In this document: positions 53,763 to 63,965 of the stretch, one piece after another
How positions within the stretch are numbered: position 1 is the stretch's first letter
How the letters are laid out: every line of letters starts with the position of its first letter
Virus record (IMG/VR): IMGVR_UViG_2623620416_000002
Span: 41,253-105,252 of that record
DNA from: a virus
Lineage: Duplodnaviria; Heunggongvirae; Uroviricota; Caudoviricetes
DNA length: 64,000 bases
Direction: 5' to 3' (one strand)
The notes under the pieces: model-generated
Seen by the model: the letters and a program-made list of their open reading frames with translations, nothing else
Databases searched by the model: none
What the model was told of the DNA's origin: nothing
Translations under genes and position numbers: made by a program

Positions 53763-54688
53763 GACATATCTCTTTCATCTCTAAAGCCTTGGAATGAAGG
53801 AATTCGTGGCAAATCTTTTGTGCCAACAAATTGGTATTGGTATTTAATAATTTTACCTAAGTACTTATCTCGGTTGTCCCAGATCTCTTGCAGATCCTCT
53901 TTCTTCAAACCTTTATAAGTACCTATCCCAAATTCTCTACCATCTTTGACATCACGAACAAGTAAAGTGCCAAGTGTTCCGGCGGGAACGAGGCCAGCTT
54001 TAGCGCTACTGCGTTTAGTATGTCCAAGCTCATCTGTTTCAGCTTCGTTTTCATTGCGTAATTTCTCCTCAAATCCTAAAATTATTGCTTCACTATCTAC
54101 AAACCTTTTAATTTTAATTAAATCTTGAGACTTAAATGTAGCACGACCACATTTATATCCTCCACCTAAGGCACGAGTCATAATACCCTCATGACCATCA
54201 GCAATTGCTTGCTCTTCAAAAGCCAATAGTTCTGCTTCATTGTTAATGATAGTCGGAAGAATTAGTTGGCAAAAATCTGTTAATTGACCATCTTGCCATA
54301 AAGCTTTTAAATCTAAAATACGCTTAATGTATTGCTTATTCAGATCATCTTTAACATAGTCAAAGATTTCAAATTTAAAATTAGGCTCACCGTCTTCACG
54401 CATAACATCACCTTGTACTTCATTGAATGTACGACAAGATCCGTCAGCATTATATGTAACAAGCTCACCATCCAATGTCAGAGATGGATCGATTATTGCC
54501 ATTTGAGCTTGAATATACTTATTAGGAATTGGTTTGAATGATCTTGAGAGAGTTTTACCGTCAACACGGAGACATCGAATACCATCTAACTTAATAGATG
54601 CGCCCAATGGATAAGTAAGATCTTTGAATTCCATCGGCTCGCCTTTACTATTTTCCATAGAAGCGGCAAGCATAGGCTTTTTAATCAT
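53759..54688 (-). CDS. ATP-dependent DNA ligase (minimal, 309 aa)
   Basis: Adenylation motif I SIKLDGIRC (KxDG). Confidence 0.7.
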   Translation of the reverse strand: MIKKPMLAASMENSKGEPMEFKDLTYPLGASIKLDGIRCLRVDGKTLSRSFKPIPNKYIQAQMAIIDPSLTLDGELVTYNADGSCRTFNEVQGDVMREDGEPNFKFEIFDYVKDDLNKQYIKRILDLKALWQDGQLTDFCQLILPTIINNEAELLAFEEQAIADGHEGIMTRALGGGYKCGRATFKSQDLIKIKRFVDSEAIILGFEEKLRNENEAETDELGHTKRSSAKAGLVPAGTLGTLLVRDVKDGREFGIGTYKGLKKEDLQEIWDNRDKYLGKIIKYQYQFVGTKDLPRIPSFQGFRDERDMS

Positions 54689-54733
54689 ATAAATCTCCCT
54701 GGTTTTCCAGAGAGATTATACGATCAGATAAAA

Positions 54734-55609
54734 TTAATAGTTTTTAAGGAATTTAATGACGTCTTTATGGGAGACATCTATGCCCCAACCGGCAGAATCC
54801 ATAGCGAATACAACGCCAACAACGTTACCCCAGAAATTAACAACTGGAGATCCACTGTTGCCACCTTGTACTAACATATTTGTTCTATATGCGTCTTCAA
54901 CAACTACTGCGCACATTTTGTATTTAATAACAAAGAAACCAAAATTTTGAACTTGCTCTACTTGTCGGTGCTTTTTTAAAGAACATTCTTTTGCAGAAAT
55001 TCCACCGAATTCTGGTGGAGCTAATTGCTCTTTGCCATCAGGTCCTATAGCAGAAATTGGACCCATAATGATAGTTGTATCTTCTTTAGTAATTATCTCT
55101 CCTCTAGAGAGAGTGATTGGCATTAAGGCAGGATGACCGACAGCAGCAACAATTTGCCCAATCATTGGCTCTGAACCCATAGACAATCCTTCAACACCTG
55201 GAATACCTTCTATAAGGCATAAGTCAGTAAAGTCTGACTTAGATAGTATTCTTCGTTGCATGCTTAATCCAGACTCATTTTCAATTAAAACATTTTCACC
55301 ATCACTGGATACAGAACATACGTGATCATTAGTAAGGATATAAGAGTTGCCACTTGGTGCTTTAATAGCAAATCCAGTTCCTCCACCACGATTTCTTATA
55401 TCTTTAATTGTATAGACTTTTGAGCCTACTGAGTGGCGAAGCCAATGACCATGAAATTCAGGTCCACGAACAGCTAAATAAAGCGATGCACCAATTACTG
55501 TTAAAATCAAGAAAGTATCAATAGCATAACTAAGTATTTTTTTACTTAGTGCAATAGACTTGTTAAACAAGCTCATAACTTTTTCATTGATTTTGATTTT
55601 GAATTTCAA
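54734..55609 (-). CDS. trypsin-like (S1/HtrA-type) serine protease with N-terminal membrane anchor
   Basis: TNDHV (His), GNSGSPVV (Ser); N-terminal TM. Confidence 0.65.
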   Translation of the reverse strand: MKFKIKINEKVMSLFNKSIALSKKILSYAIDTFLILTVIGASLYLAVRGPEFHGHWLRHSVGSKVYTIKDIRNRGGGTGFAIKAPSGNSYILTNDHVCSVSSDGENVLIENESGLSMQRRILSKSDFTDLCLIEGIPGVEGLSMGSEPMIGQIVAAVGHPALMPITLSRGEIITKEDTTIIMGPISAIGPDGKEQLAPPEFGGISAKECSLKKHRQVEQVQNFGFFVIKYKMCAVVVEDAYRTNMLVQGGNSGSPVVNFWGNVVGVVFAMDSAGWGIDVSHKDVIKFLKNY

Positions 55610-55657
55610 AACTTCTCCAAGTTTATTCTTATATTTTACCTTGGCTCCAAGTTGGAA

Positions 55658-56509
55658 CTACCTATTAAGTAGCATTTCTCTCACTAATTTGCCACTTTTT
55701 ACGGCAGTTGCTTGTGATGTGCCTGTCATAAATCCAAAAGTTTGATTAGGAAGACGAGAGAAGATGTTTGTGCCAATTTCATAAGTGTTGATAGATACAC
55801 CATAGTTAGAAGTTGCTGCAATATTTCTCTTAACAGTTTCTGTAGTGATTATGGCTCCATGTAGTCCTACAGATTTAGTAACTGTTTTTTCAACTTTGTT
55901 GTCGACTAAGTTTGCAACTATGAAAATACGAGAGTCATACATAGCAGGATAGTATTTATGCTTGTCAATATCAGACCTTTCATTGCCCGCTGCTGCAACT
56001 ACCTTAATTCCTTTATTTAGAGCTTCCATAACGACATCATGCTCTTCTTGAGAGAATTCTGTACCGCCACCAGAATAATTAATAATATCTACTTTAGAAT
56101 CAATCGCCCAACGAAAAGCCTTAATAGTGGACTTTAAATTATCATTATATTCAGCAGTTGGATCAATGTATTTTAAAATGATTTGACAATAATCAACTGC
56201 AACTTCATCTATTTTAGATGGAACTTTGCCGGATTTTGTTAGAAATATGAAGTTTTTTGCGTATTGATCTATGATGCCACTAATATGAGTGCCATGTCCA
56301 TGTCTATCTTTTAGACCTGTGCCAGTAAAGTCACGATGACCTTTATCGCACATAAAATTCTTTTTCATTAGTGCTTCATCAATGCCGGTATCGATAACAG
56401 CAACTACAATTTGTTTGTTTTTAACTACTTTTTTATCAGAGCTGTTAGCAGTACAGCTAATTACAATTAGTAAATTAAGTATCGCTAAACTTTTTATCAT
56501 TTTCCACAC
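55658..56509 (-). CDS. subtilisin-like (S8) serine protease, secreted/lipoprotein
   Basis: VAVIDTGID (Asp), HGTHISG (His), GTSQATA (Ser); signal peptide with LIVISC lipobox. Confidence 0.7.
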   Translation of the reverse strand: MWKMIKSLAILNLLIVISCTANSSDKKVVKNKQIVVAVIDTGIDEALMKKNFMCDKGHRDFTGTGLKDRHGHGTHISGIIDQYAKNFIFLTKSGKVPSKIDEVAVDYCQIILKYIDPTAEYNDNLKSTIKAFRWAIDSKVDIINYSGGGTEFSQEEHDVVMEALNKGIKVVAAAGNERSDIDKHKYYPAMYDSRIFIVANLVDNKVEKTVTKSVGLHGAIITTETVKRNIAATSNYGVSINTYEIGTNIFSRLPNQTFGFMTGTSQATAVKSGKLVREMLLNR

Positions 56510-56702
56510 CCTTTACAATAGATATCAATCTACTGTAAATCTCGTTTCGGACAGAGCAGGTTGTGGTTGATAAAGCAAATTCGGCATATTTTTTAATATA
56601 TGCCTCATCATAGCCGAAAGCTTTTAAGTCTTCGAAGAGTTTATACGCTTCGTTAGAGGTTTGATTTTTGGTTCTAATTCTGTCGTCTTCTGAGAATCCC
56701 AT
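56475..56702 (-). CDS. hypothetical small protein (75 aa)
   Basis: ORF. Confidence 0.35.
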   Translation of the reverse strand: MGFSEDDRIRTKNQTSNEAYKLFEDLKAFGYDEAYIKKYAEFALSTTTCSVRNEIYSRLISIVKGVENDKKFSDT

Positions 56703-57046
56703 AGCTCTCGCTCCTGTCGTTTTCTCTTTTGCTCTTCAATATACTCATAATGTTCTCTAACAAGTCTTTCGCATTCTTCTCTAGGCATTGGAGGATATTG
56801 CACTCTTTCCATAGTTTCCGCCTGCTTAGGTGGAGCTTTAGATGCTGCTAATAAAGCAGCAGTTTGCTCTCTTGTATATGTTGAGTAACCGTTATATTTC
56901 TCTGGATCCGCCGCTTGCTTATTTTTTTTAAAATCAACATAAGGATCGTACGTTGGTTCTTCAAACTTCTCTGGATGCGATTCGCGAAGCTCAATCTCTT
57001 CTTCTTGAGAAGGAGTTAATTGACGCTCATTAATAATAGCGGTCAT
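56624..57046 (-). CDS. hypothetical protein (140 aa)
   Basis: ORF. Confidence 0.4.
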   Translation of the reverse strand: MTAIINERQLTPSQEEEIELRESHPEKFEEPTYDPYVDFKKNKQAADPEKYNGYSTYTREQTAALLAASKAPPKQAETMERVQYPPMPREECERLVREHYEYIEEQKRKRQERELWDSQKTTELEPKIKPLTKRINSSKT

Positions 57047-57290
57047 CGCTCTTTCAATATCTTTAAACGTAGTCCCTAGAATTTTATGACAGATAGCTTG
57101 CTTTAACTCAGTACTATTTAATATCTCGTGTGCCCTAGATACTTTTTCTTCTCTTTCAAGTTCATCAAAGCCACATAATTCCTGGATTCGACGCTTAAGT
57201 TTTTTGCTCAGATTAAACTCCCGGTTGACTTAATTATATCACCTAGACCACTAAGGGTATAAGCTTAATTGACGCCTATTAACGGTATAT

Positions 57291-57611
57291 TTATTCTTTT
57301 ACTGAGACTTCAGCTTCAAAATCCTTATCAAATTCCATATCAAAAGTGGCACTTTCACACTCTTCTGTAATACGCTTAAACATTTCATCTTTAAAGGCCT
57401 CATGATCTGTTGTCGATATTGCTTTACATACTTCAAGTTTTACTAACTCTTGATTCTCAATAGAAGGATTAGAAGAGAAGGCAGCTAATGCCACATCTAA
57501 ACTATTTGGAATAGGAATATTGAAGTGCTTCCAAAAATCAATTGCAGCCATACAGTCTTCAGGGCTAATAACAACTTCTTTTTTCTTTTCTTGTCCAGTT
57601 TTATCCGACAT
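57291..57611 (-). CDS. hypothetical acidic protein (106 aa)
   Basis: ORF. Confidence 0.4.
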   Translation of the reverse strand: MSDKTGQEKKKEVVISPEDCMAAIDFWKHFNIPIPNSLDVALAAFSSNPSIENQELVKLEVCKAISTTDHEAFKDEMFKRITEECESATFDMEFDKDFEAEVSVKE

Positions 57612-57625
57612 GAGGTCTCCTCTGA

Positions 57626-58315
57626 TTAACGTTTCTTAGTTTCAGATTTTTTAGTTTTATTGGTAGATTTCTTTTTAGATTTTACATTCTTAATGAGAGA
57701 CTGCCTATTTCTACGAGAAAATGGAGCTCGCACATGTTGTTTACCTACTTCAAATTGCATCCGACCAGTTATCTTAGGTAATCCAATAGCATCTACAATG
57801 CCAAATTCTAAAGCTTGTTCACCCACTAAATAACGCTCTCTACCATCTTGCTCTTTAATAACAGAGCGCAATTCAGCGTAGTTTGCAAAGCCACAATTAC
57901 GAGCCAATAATCCCATAAAATGCTCATTTAATCTGACAGTTTCCTTTACATCATCTTTCATATCCTGGACGTTCCCAACGGTCCCAGATGATACTTCATG
58001 GATCATGACACGCGAATGCCTGCCCAAGAAACGGACGTCCCCGTGTGACAATAGCATCGCACCGCAACTCATTGCTTTGCCCATGCAGCAAGTAACTACT
58101 GGATTAGGAATTTCGTCTAAGGTTTCAATCATTTTGGCTAATGCGTCTACATACCCACCATAAGAATCGATATAGACTATAATAGGTCGAGTTGGATCGC
58201 CAGATGCAGCTTCCATGACTTGGAGGCGGAATTTTTGGGCATGTTCTTCATCAAACTTAGTTACCCAGATTTCTTTTTCTTTTTTAAGGATGTGCATAAT
58301 GTCTTCTTCCATCAT
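57626..58315 (-). CDS. ClpP-like (S14) serine peptidase with basic C-terminal tail
   Basis: IVYIDSYGGYVDA, GKAMSCGAMLL (Ser), VMIHEVSSG (His); K-rich C-terminus. Confidence 0.7.
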   Translation of the reverse strand: MMEEDIMHILKKEKEIWVTKFDEEHAQKFRLQVMEAASGDPTRPIIVYIDSYGGYVDALAKMIETLDEIPNPVVTCCMGKAMSCGAMLLSHGDVRFLGRHSRVMIHEVSSGTVGNVQDMKDDVKETVRLNEHFMGLLARNCGFANYAELRSVIKEQDGRERYLVGEQALEFGIVDAIGLPKITGRMQFEVGKQHVRAPFSRRNRQSLIKNVKSKKKSTNKTKKSETKKR

Positions 58316-58401
58316 TTATTACCGCCTTTTTCATAATTCTACTTTCTTGATATTGATTGCAACTAAGTTAGTGTGGTAAAATATCTAAATAAAGAGGTTT
58401 T

Positions 58402-59199
58402 ATGGACATTTTAGAACAATTGATCAAATCACTTGAAGACACTAAAACTGAGTTAGAAAAAGCTGCCTCTAAAGCCCCTTCATCATCACCAGTTGTTGGT
58501 ATTCCTGCCGCACAAGTTAAAGATACAAAGATTAAAAATTTACAAAGTCAAATTGATAGTGGTACATATAAACCAGATTCTAAAAAAATTGCAGACAAGA
58601 TGTTAAAAGAAGAAATGTTATCTTGTGGTGAAAATGGCCAATGGGATATTAAAAAGTGGAATATGGAAAAAAGATGTTGGGAAGGATACGAGCCAACACC
58701 TGGTAAAAAAGCATATTCAGATGATTCATGCAGACCTATTAAAAAAGAAGAAGCAGAAGTTGCTCCCAAAGGTTCTAATAATAAGAAAACATTTGAAGAG
58801 TCTTTTGCAAAATCAGAAGAATTAGCAGACAATGAGTTTGAAATAACTGAATGGGATAATGGTGACATTGATATTGCTGCTGGCCAAGCTGTCCCAGAAG
58901 ATGACTTTAATTTTCTTTGTAAATCAGTTTGCGAAAAAGCTGATTGCGAAGAAATGGATAAGAAAGAATGGTCACCAAAAGCAGAACATAAGTCTGAAAA
59001 AGGTGGATTAACTGCAGCTGGTAGAGAGTCATATAATAATGCTACTGGCGGTAATCTTAAAGCGCCTCAACCTAAAGGCGGACCAAGAAAGAAATCTTTC
59101 TGCGCAAGAAATGCAGGTCAAATTAAAATGCACAATATTGATTGCAAAGCTGATCCAGACAAACGAGCCTGTAAAGCTCGTCGTCGTTGGAAATGTTAA
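58402..59199 (+). CDS. Lys-rich protein with Cys-rich C-terminal region (265 aa)
   Basis: Only + strand gene in this region; FLCKSVCEKADCEE…CKADPDKRACKARRRWKC. Confidence 0.45.
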   Translation: MDILEQLIKSLEDTKTELEKAASKAPSSSPVVGIPAAQVKDTKIKNLQSQIDSGTYKPDSKKIADKMLKEEMLSCGENGQWDIKKWNMEKRCWEGYEPTPGKKAYSDDSCRPIKKEEAEVAPKGSNNKKTFEESFAKSEELADNEFEITEWDNGDIDIAAGQAVPEDDFNFLCKSVCEKADCEEMDKKEWSPKAEHKSEKGGLTAAGRESYNNATGGNLKAPQPKGGPRKKSFCARNAGQIKMHNIDCKADPDKRACKARRRWKC

Positions 59200-59879
59200 G
59201 TCCAATTAAGAGCTGCAGCAACGCCTGGTAATTCTTTCTTAAAAATATCTTTGCAAGCAATAGCAATATCCATGTGTTCTTGTTGAGTTCCATTTGATGC
59301 ACGCAGTTCAATATAATGAATCCAACTTCTGATTGAACCACTCATATATAAAGTTGTTCCACAGCCCAATGGAAGAATAAAACGAGCACATTCTTTTGCT
59401 ATTCCGTTGTCAAGCGCCCAAGTATAATGTTCAAATGCTTGCTTCCAATTTTCGCTCTGGCGCTTATGCCACTCTTGCTTTACTTCATCTGTTAGATCGT
59501 CTATTGAGTTCTGACGATTCTTTGCATCCTGACGTCGCGCAGCATATAGCACAACTCCGCCTTCATCTACAGCTGCGTATCGCTGCGAAAACTCTTGAAA
59601 AGTAAATGATCTATGTCTAAGGATTTGAGGAGAAATGCCTCTGGATGTCTTAATTTGGATGGTCATGTGGGCCATCTCAAATGGTGACCAATGTTGATTC
59701 TTAATGAGATAAGAAATTAATTTTGCAGAATTGTTAAAATTAAGTTGATTGTTTGGATTAGATACCCTAGCACAATAAGATATTACCTCTTCAGCACCTG
59801 GCGTTACCGATAATAGCTCTACTAAATTTTGACTTTTAGAAATTTCTTCAAGTTGCGAAATTGCATCATTTGTTTGCAC
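59196..59879 (-). CDS. thyX: flavin-dependent thymidylate synthase ThyX
   Basis: ThyX signature RHRSFTFQEFSQRY. Confidence 0.8.
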   Translation of the reverse strand: MQTNDAISQLEEISKSQNLVELLSVTPGAEEVISYCARVSNPNNQLNFNNSAKLISYLIKNQHWSPFEMAHMTIQIKTSRGISPQILRHRSFTFQEFSQRYAAVDEGGVVLYAARRQDAKNRQNSIDDLTDEVKQEWHKRQSENWKQAFEHYTWALDNGIAKECARFILPLGCGTTLYMSGSIRSWIHYIELRASNGTQQEHMDIAIACKDIFKKELPGVAAALNWT

Positions 59880-60029
59880 GTTTCTACCTCTCCTTATGTT
59901 AAAATTGATTCTACCGATGACAATGACAACTTACATTGAAATTTTAAGAAACAAAGCTGTTGCAGAAACATCGGTAAAATCTATAACAGAAACGTCACAA
60001 TACACATACTAATTAGGGAGGCATCGCTG

Positions 60030-61019
60030 ATGGGTTTGATGAAACCTAGGTTAGTTTATTTTCCGTTTGAATATCCTCAAGCATACGAGTTTTGGTTGCA
60101 GCAACAACAAGTTCATTGGTTGCACACTGAAATTTCTATGGCACGGGACATCACGGATTGGAACACAAACCTAACAGAACAAGAAAAACAAGTAATCGGT
60201 GGAGTTCTCAAAAGCTTTACACAATTAGAAATTGTTGTAGGCAACGATTATTGGCTAGGAAAAGTACACAATTGGTTTAAAAAGCCAGAAATCCAAATGA
60301 TGGCTGCAGCGTTTGCTAATATGGAGACTATCCATACAAAGTCATACGCATATTTGAATGAGTCACTGGGCTTAGATGACTTTGCTGCATTCCTTGAAGA
60401 TCCAGCAGGAAAAGCAAAGATAGATCATTTAATAGAGACAGACGGTAAGAGTATTCGCGACAAAGCTAGATCATTAGCTGTATTTAGTGGGTTTGCTGAA
60501 GGTGTTCAGTTATTTTCTTCATTTGCAATCTTATTAAACTATTCAAGACACAATAAAATGAAAGGCGTGGGAGAGATTATTACGTTCTCTATTAGAGATG
60601 AATCTTTACATTCCACTGCAGGTTGTTGGTTGTTTCGTCAATTGATTGCTGAATATCCAGAAATTTGGGATGATGAGCTTAAAAAAGAAATCTTTCAAGC
60701 AGCTAGAGATGCAGTTAAATTAGAAGTAAAGTTTATCGATTCTGTCTTCAAAGATGGTCAACCTATATTAGGCTTAGATCCTGAAGATTTAAAACAATTT
60801 ATTAAGTATCGCGCTAATACTAAATTACAAGACTTAGGTCTTAAGTCAAATTGGACAAATCTAGATAAAGATGCGGTTGCACGTTTAGATTGGTTTGATT
60901 ATATGACTGTAGGTGAAGCTCACCAAGATTTCTTTGCTGGTCGAGTTTCAGACTATTCTAAAGGAGTAGTTGACTGGAGTGATGAATCGGTATTTCGCGA
61001 TGAGGTTAAGAATGATTAA
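60030..61019 (+). CDS. nrdB: ribonucleotide reductase class I small (beta) subunit
   Basis: Ferritin-like diiron fold blocks (FANMETIHTKSYAYL etc.), about 330 aa; directly upstream of and overlapping nrdA. Confidence 0.75.
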   Translation: MGLMKPRLVYFPFEYPQAYEFWLQQQQVHWLHTEISMARDITDWNTNLTEQEKQVIGGVLKSFTQLEIVVGNDYWLGKVHNWFKKPEIQMMAAAFANMETIHTKSYAYLNESLGLDDFAAFLEDPAGKAKIDHLIETDGKSIRDKARSLAVFSGFAEGVQLFSSFAILLNYSRHNKMKGVGEIITFSIRDESLHSTAGCWLFRQLIAEYPEIWDDELKKEIFQAARDAVKLEVKFIDSVFKDGQPILGLDPEDLKQFIKYRANTKLQDLGLKSNWTNLDKDAVARLDWFDYMTVGEAHQDFFAGRVSDYSKGVVDWSDESVFRDEVKND

Positions 61020-62721
61020 AGGCATTGACTATCCAGAATGGCTTACAGAAGCTGGATTAAAGACTCTTAAAAATGGTTACATGTTAGCGGGCGAAAACGT
61101 ATTTGGTATGTATCGCCGCATTGCTCATGCTGCAGCTTCAAGAGTAAATAGATTAGATTTAGAAGATAAGTTTTATGAAGCTATGGCTAAGAACTGGCTT
61201 TGTCCTGCTACACCTGTTGCAGCTAATATGGGCACAGATAGAGGTCTTCCAATCTCTTGCTTTGGACTTGCAGTTCCTGACTCTGTTGATGGCATATATA
61301 AATCAGTACATGAAATGGCAATGCTTTCCAAACATGGCGGTGGAGTTGGTATTGGTATGTCTAGAGTTCGTGGACGTGGAGCTAAGATTAAAAATGGAAT
61401 CAACGGAGCATCTGAGGGCGTAGTACCTTGGGCTAAAGTATTTGATTCAGCTACAATTGCAACATCACAAGGAAATGTAAGGCGCGGCGCAAGCTCTGTC
61501 AACTTACATGTTGACCATATTGATGTTGAAGAGTTTCTTAGAATTCGTAGACAAACAGGAGATGTAAATCGCCAATGTCTTAATTTAAACCAGTGCATTA
61601 TCATATCTGATAGCTTCATGCATAAGGTTGAAGCCAAAGATCCTGCAGCTAGAAAGCTATGGATTGAAATCCTTAAGACTAGACTTGAAACTGGTGAACC
61701 ATATCTTTTATTTGAAGATACAGTTAATAAAGCTAATCCCCAAGCATATATCAATAATAATCTTAAAGTAGAGATGACTAATATATGCTCTGAAATCACC
61801 TTACACACAGATGATGACCATAGCTTTGTTTGTTGTTTGTCTTCATTGAATGCTGCTCGCTGGGATGAATGGAAAGACACAGATCTCGCAGAGATAGCTG
61901 TATATTTCCTTGATGGAGTTATAGAAGAGTTTATCAGCAAAGCCAAAGACATTCCTGGATTTGAGCGCTCTATTAGATTTGCTAGAAAATCTAGAGCTAT
62001 TGGCATTGGTGTATTAGGTTGGCATACTCTTTTACAATCCAAGATGATCCCCTTTGATTCATTTCAAGCAATGATGTTAAACGCTTCTATATTCCGCTCT
62101 ATTAAAGAAAAAGCTGAAGCTGCTAGCAAAGCCATGGCTATTAGTCATGGCGAGCCTGAGTGGTGTGTAGGAACTGGTATGCGTCATACTCATCTTATGG
62201 CTATTGCCCCTACTAGATCTAACTCTATTATCAGTGGCGAAGTTAGTTACGGTATTGAGCCTATTCCAGCTAATGCCTATGCAGATAAGACTTCTAAAGG
62301 AGTATTCTTGGTTAAGAACCCTACATTGGAAGCATTACTTAAATCTAAAGACCTAGATGATCCTGTAATCTGGAAATCTATTGTTGTTAATGGTGGATCA
62401 GTTCAACACTTAGCAGAACTAACTGAAGACGAAAAGAAAGTGTTTTTAACAGCTCGAGAGATAAATCAAATGGCTTTGATTCGCCAAGCTAGTCAACGTC
62501 AGAAGTTTATAGATCAGGCTCAATCGCTAAATCTATTTTTTCCAGTTAATTGCGATCCTAATTGGTTTCATCAGGTTCACATGGAAGCATGGAAGAGTGG
62601 AGTTAAAACACTTTATTATTGCAGATCATCGAGCGTATTAAAAGCTGACTCTTCATCTAGACAAGCAGTTGAAAAACCAAAGACACAGTCCAAAGATGAG
62701 TGTGCGGCTTGTGAAGGTTAA
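61012..62721 (+). CDS. nrdA: ribonucleotide reductase class I large (alpha) subunit, compact form without ATP cone
   Basis: ATGATTAA start overlapping the nrdB stop; C-terminal redox CxxC (DECAACEG); RNR catalytic-core length. Confidence 0.8.
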   Translation: MIKGIDYPEWLTEAGLKTLKNGYMLAGENVFGMYRRIAHAAASRVNRLDLEDKFYEAMAKNWLCPATPVAANMGTDRGLPISCFGLAVPDSVDGIYKSVHEMAMLSKHGGGVGIGMSRVRGRGAKIKNGINGASEGVVPWAKVFDSATIATSQGNVRRGASSVNLHVDHIDVEEFLRIRRQTGDVNRQCLNLNQCIIISDSFMHKVEAKDPAARKLWIEILKTRLETGEPYLLFEDTVNKANPQAYINNNLKVEMTNICSEITLHTDDDHSFVCCLSSLNAARWDEWKDTDLAEIAVYFLDGVIEEFISKAKDIPGFERSIRFARKSRAIGIGVLGWHTLLQSKMIPFDSFQAMMLNASIFRSIKEKAEAASKAMAISHGEPEWCVGTGMRHTHLMAIAPTRSNSIISGEVSYGIEPIPANAYADKTSKGVFLVKNPTLEALLKSKDLDDPVIWKSIVVNGGSVQHLAELTEDEKKVFLTAREINQMALIRQASQRQKFIDQAQSLNLFFPVNCDPNWFHQVHMEAWKSGVKTLYYCRSSSVLKADSSSRQAVEKPKTQSKDECAACEG

Positions 62722-63038
62722 GTGCGTTTACCTTTAGCGTTTGATGCGCCAACTGTAACCACACATCGACCTTCACCTTTAGTGTTGTAACTTACTTTGA
62801 GATTATTACCTAAATTAGAACCTTTGTTTTGCAGCTTTGTTGCTTTTGTAATATAAGCTGTAAGACCAGGATCTGAGTTGATTTGAATACTGCAACCAGT
62901 TTTATGGTCATAAATCATATTGCCTGTTAATTTGACTGTAGATTCTTCAGCACAATCATTACATTCGGTTACTTTACCTGGCTTGTTTTTACGAGTAGAA
63001 TCACAATACTCTGCATCACACTTAAAGCATGTACGCAT
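62718..63038 (-). CDS. Cys-rich small protein (106 aa)
   Basis: CFKCDAEYCDS…CNDC. Confidence 0.4.
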   Translation of the reverse strand: MRTCFKCDAEYCDSTRKNKPGKVTECNDCAEESTVKLTGNMIYDHKTGCSIQINSDPGLTAYITKATKLQNKGSNLGNNLKVSYNTKGEGRCVVTVGASNAKGKRT

Positions 63039-63057
63039 AAAACCTCCAAAGTAAAAA

Positions 63058-63130
63058 ACGAGATGGTGGGATTTGAACCCACGACCTCGCGGCGGTTAGC
63101 CGCGCGCTCTGACCACTAAGCTACATCTCT
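63058..63130 (-). tRNA. atypical tRNA-like gene: no encoded CCA, A1×G72 mismatch, GC-only anticodon stem, loop CTAACCG (anticodon AAC as folded)
   Basis: T-arm GTGGG-TTCAAAT-CCCAC; D-arm GCTT…GAGC; anticodon stem CGCGG/CCGCG; 3' trailer TTTTTT. Confidence 0.45.
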
Positions 63131-63523
63131 AGCAATTTAACTTACAGAGTATTACAGCTGATATCACTCTTTGTCGTACCATTACGTATTTGTTTATAGT
63201 ATCGGGATGGAGTGGCCCGGCGTAGCAGTGTCAGTTGGCGCTGTACTTGTAAACACGCTTGCAGTGCTGTGCAGTATCAGGAAGGCTAGTTCGGCAAGCA
63301 GCAGATTTAATACCTAATTTTTGAAGGAAGAATAAGAATTGACGTAAAGTTTTAATATCTTTAATTAAACTATGTCTTATCGGATGGAATGACTGCATAT
63401 TTTTCCGCAAATATCCTTAATGCTCGCATGTGATTGCCTTCAAATTGCGCTTTAATTCCTAGTTTACGAAGTAAACGAAAAAGCTTTTGAGTAGAAGACA
63501 TCTGATTAAGAAGTTTATCTAAA

Positions 63524-63829
63524 CTAATTTGAGTCGATAATGAGCTCATCTATATCCATTCCTAAAAGGATGTAATCTATAGATCTATCTTCATGCCACT
63601 TTTTAAATTCTTGTTGAATAGAACCTTGAATATAAGAGTGACTGCCATCTTTACTTTTCATATAAAGATTTACTTCGCCATTCTTTTCTTTTACAGCGGT
63701 AATTTTGCCAAATGAAGTTTCAGATGAAGATGTAGCACGAACCCACTCAGGTGCCCACCAATATGGAACTCCACGTTTACTTTTATGATCTGGATCTCGC
63801 AGAGGTCTTTCTACTTTTTTCTTGCTCAT
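63524..63829 (-). CDS. hypothetical protein (101 aa)
   Basis: ORF. Confidence 0.4.
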   Translation of the reverse strand: MSKKKVERPLRDPDHKSKRGVPYWWAPEWVRATSSSETSFGKITAVKEKNGEVNLYMKSKDGSHSYIQGSIQQEFKKWHEDRSIDYILLGMDIDELIIDSN

Positions 63830-63965
63830 GTTTCCTCACTCGTTCTCGATAGCATCTATATTGCCACTCTTCGTGATCATGCCAATCTGTTTGAATAACA
63901 CATGCATCTTTGTCGATAACACTTAATCGTTTCAGAAAGGATTCAAGTGTTTTAATGATGCGCAT
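63783..63965 (-). CDS. hypothetical small basic protein (60 aa)
   Basis: ORF. Confidence 0.3.
   Translation of the reverse strand: MRIIKTLESFLKRLSVIDKDACVIQTDWHDHEEWQYRCYRERVRKHEQEKSRKTSARSRS

Noticed and set aside
830-62042. Antisense or alternative-frame ORFs embedded in larger genes (e.g. 830–1054, 2926–3108, 3431–3616, 3566–3805, 5772–6095, 7235–7465, 10614–10817, 11235–11680, 12005–12220, 15597–16043, 26675–27427, 28822–29034, 31372–32118, 50905–51212, 58548–58868, 61173–62042)
   Set aside because: Each is fully contained in a longer ORF with recognisable protein motifs or coupling signals. They have low-complexity or unusual composition and no SD, so they are most likely noise from the six-frame scan.
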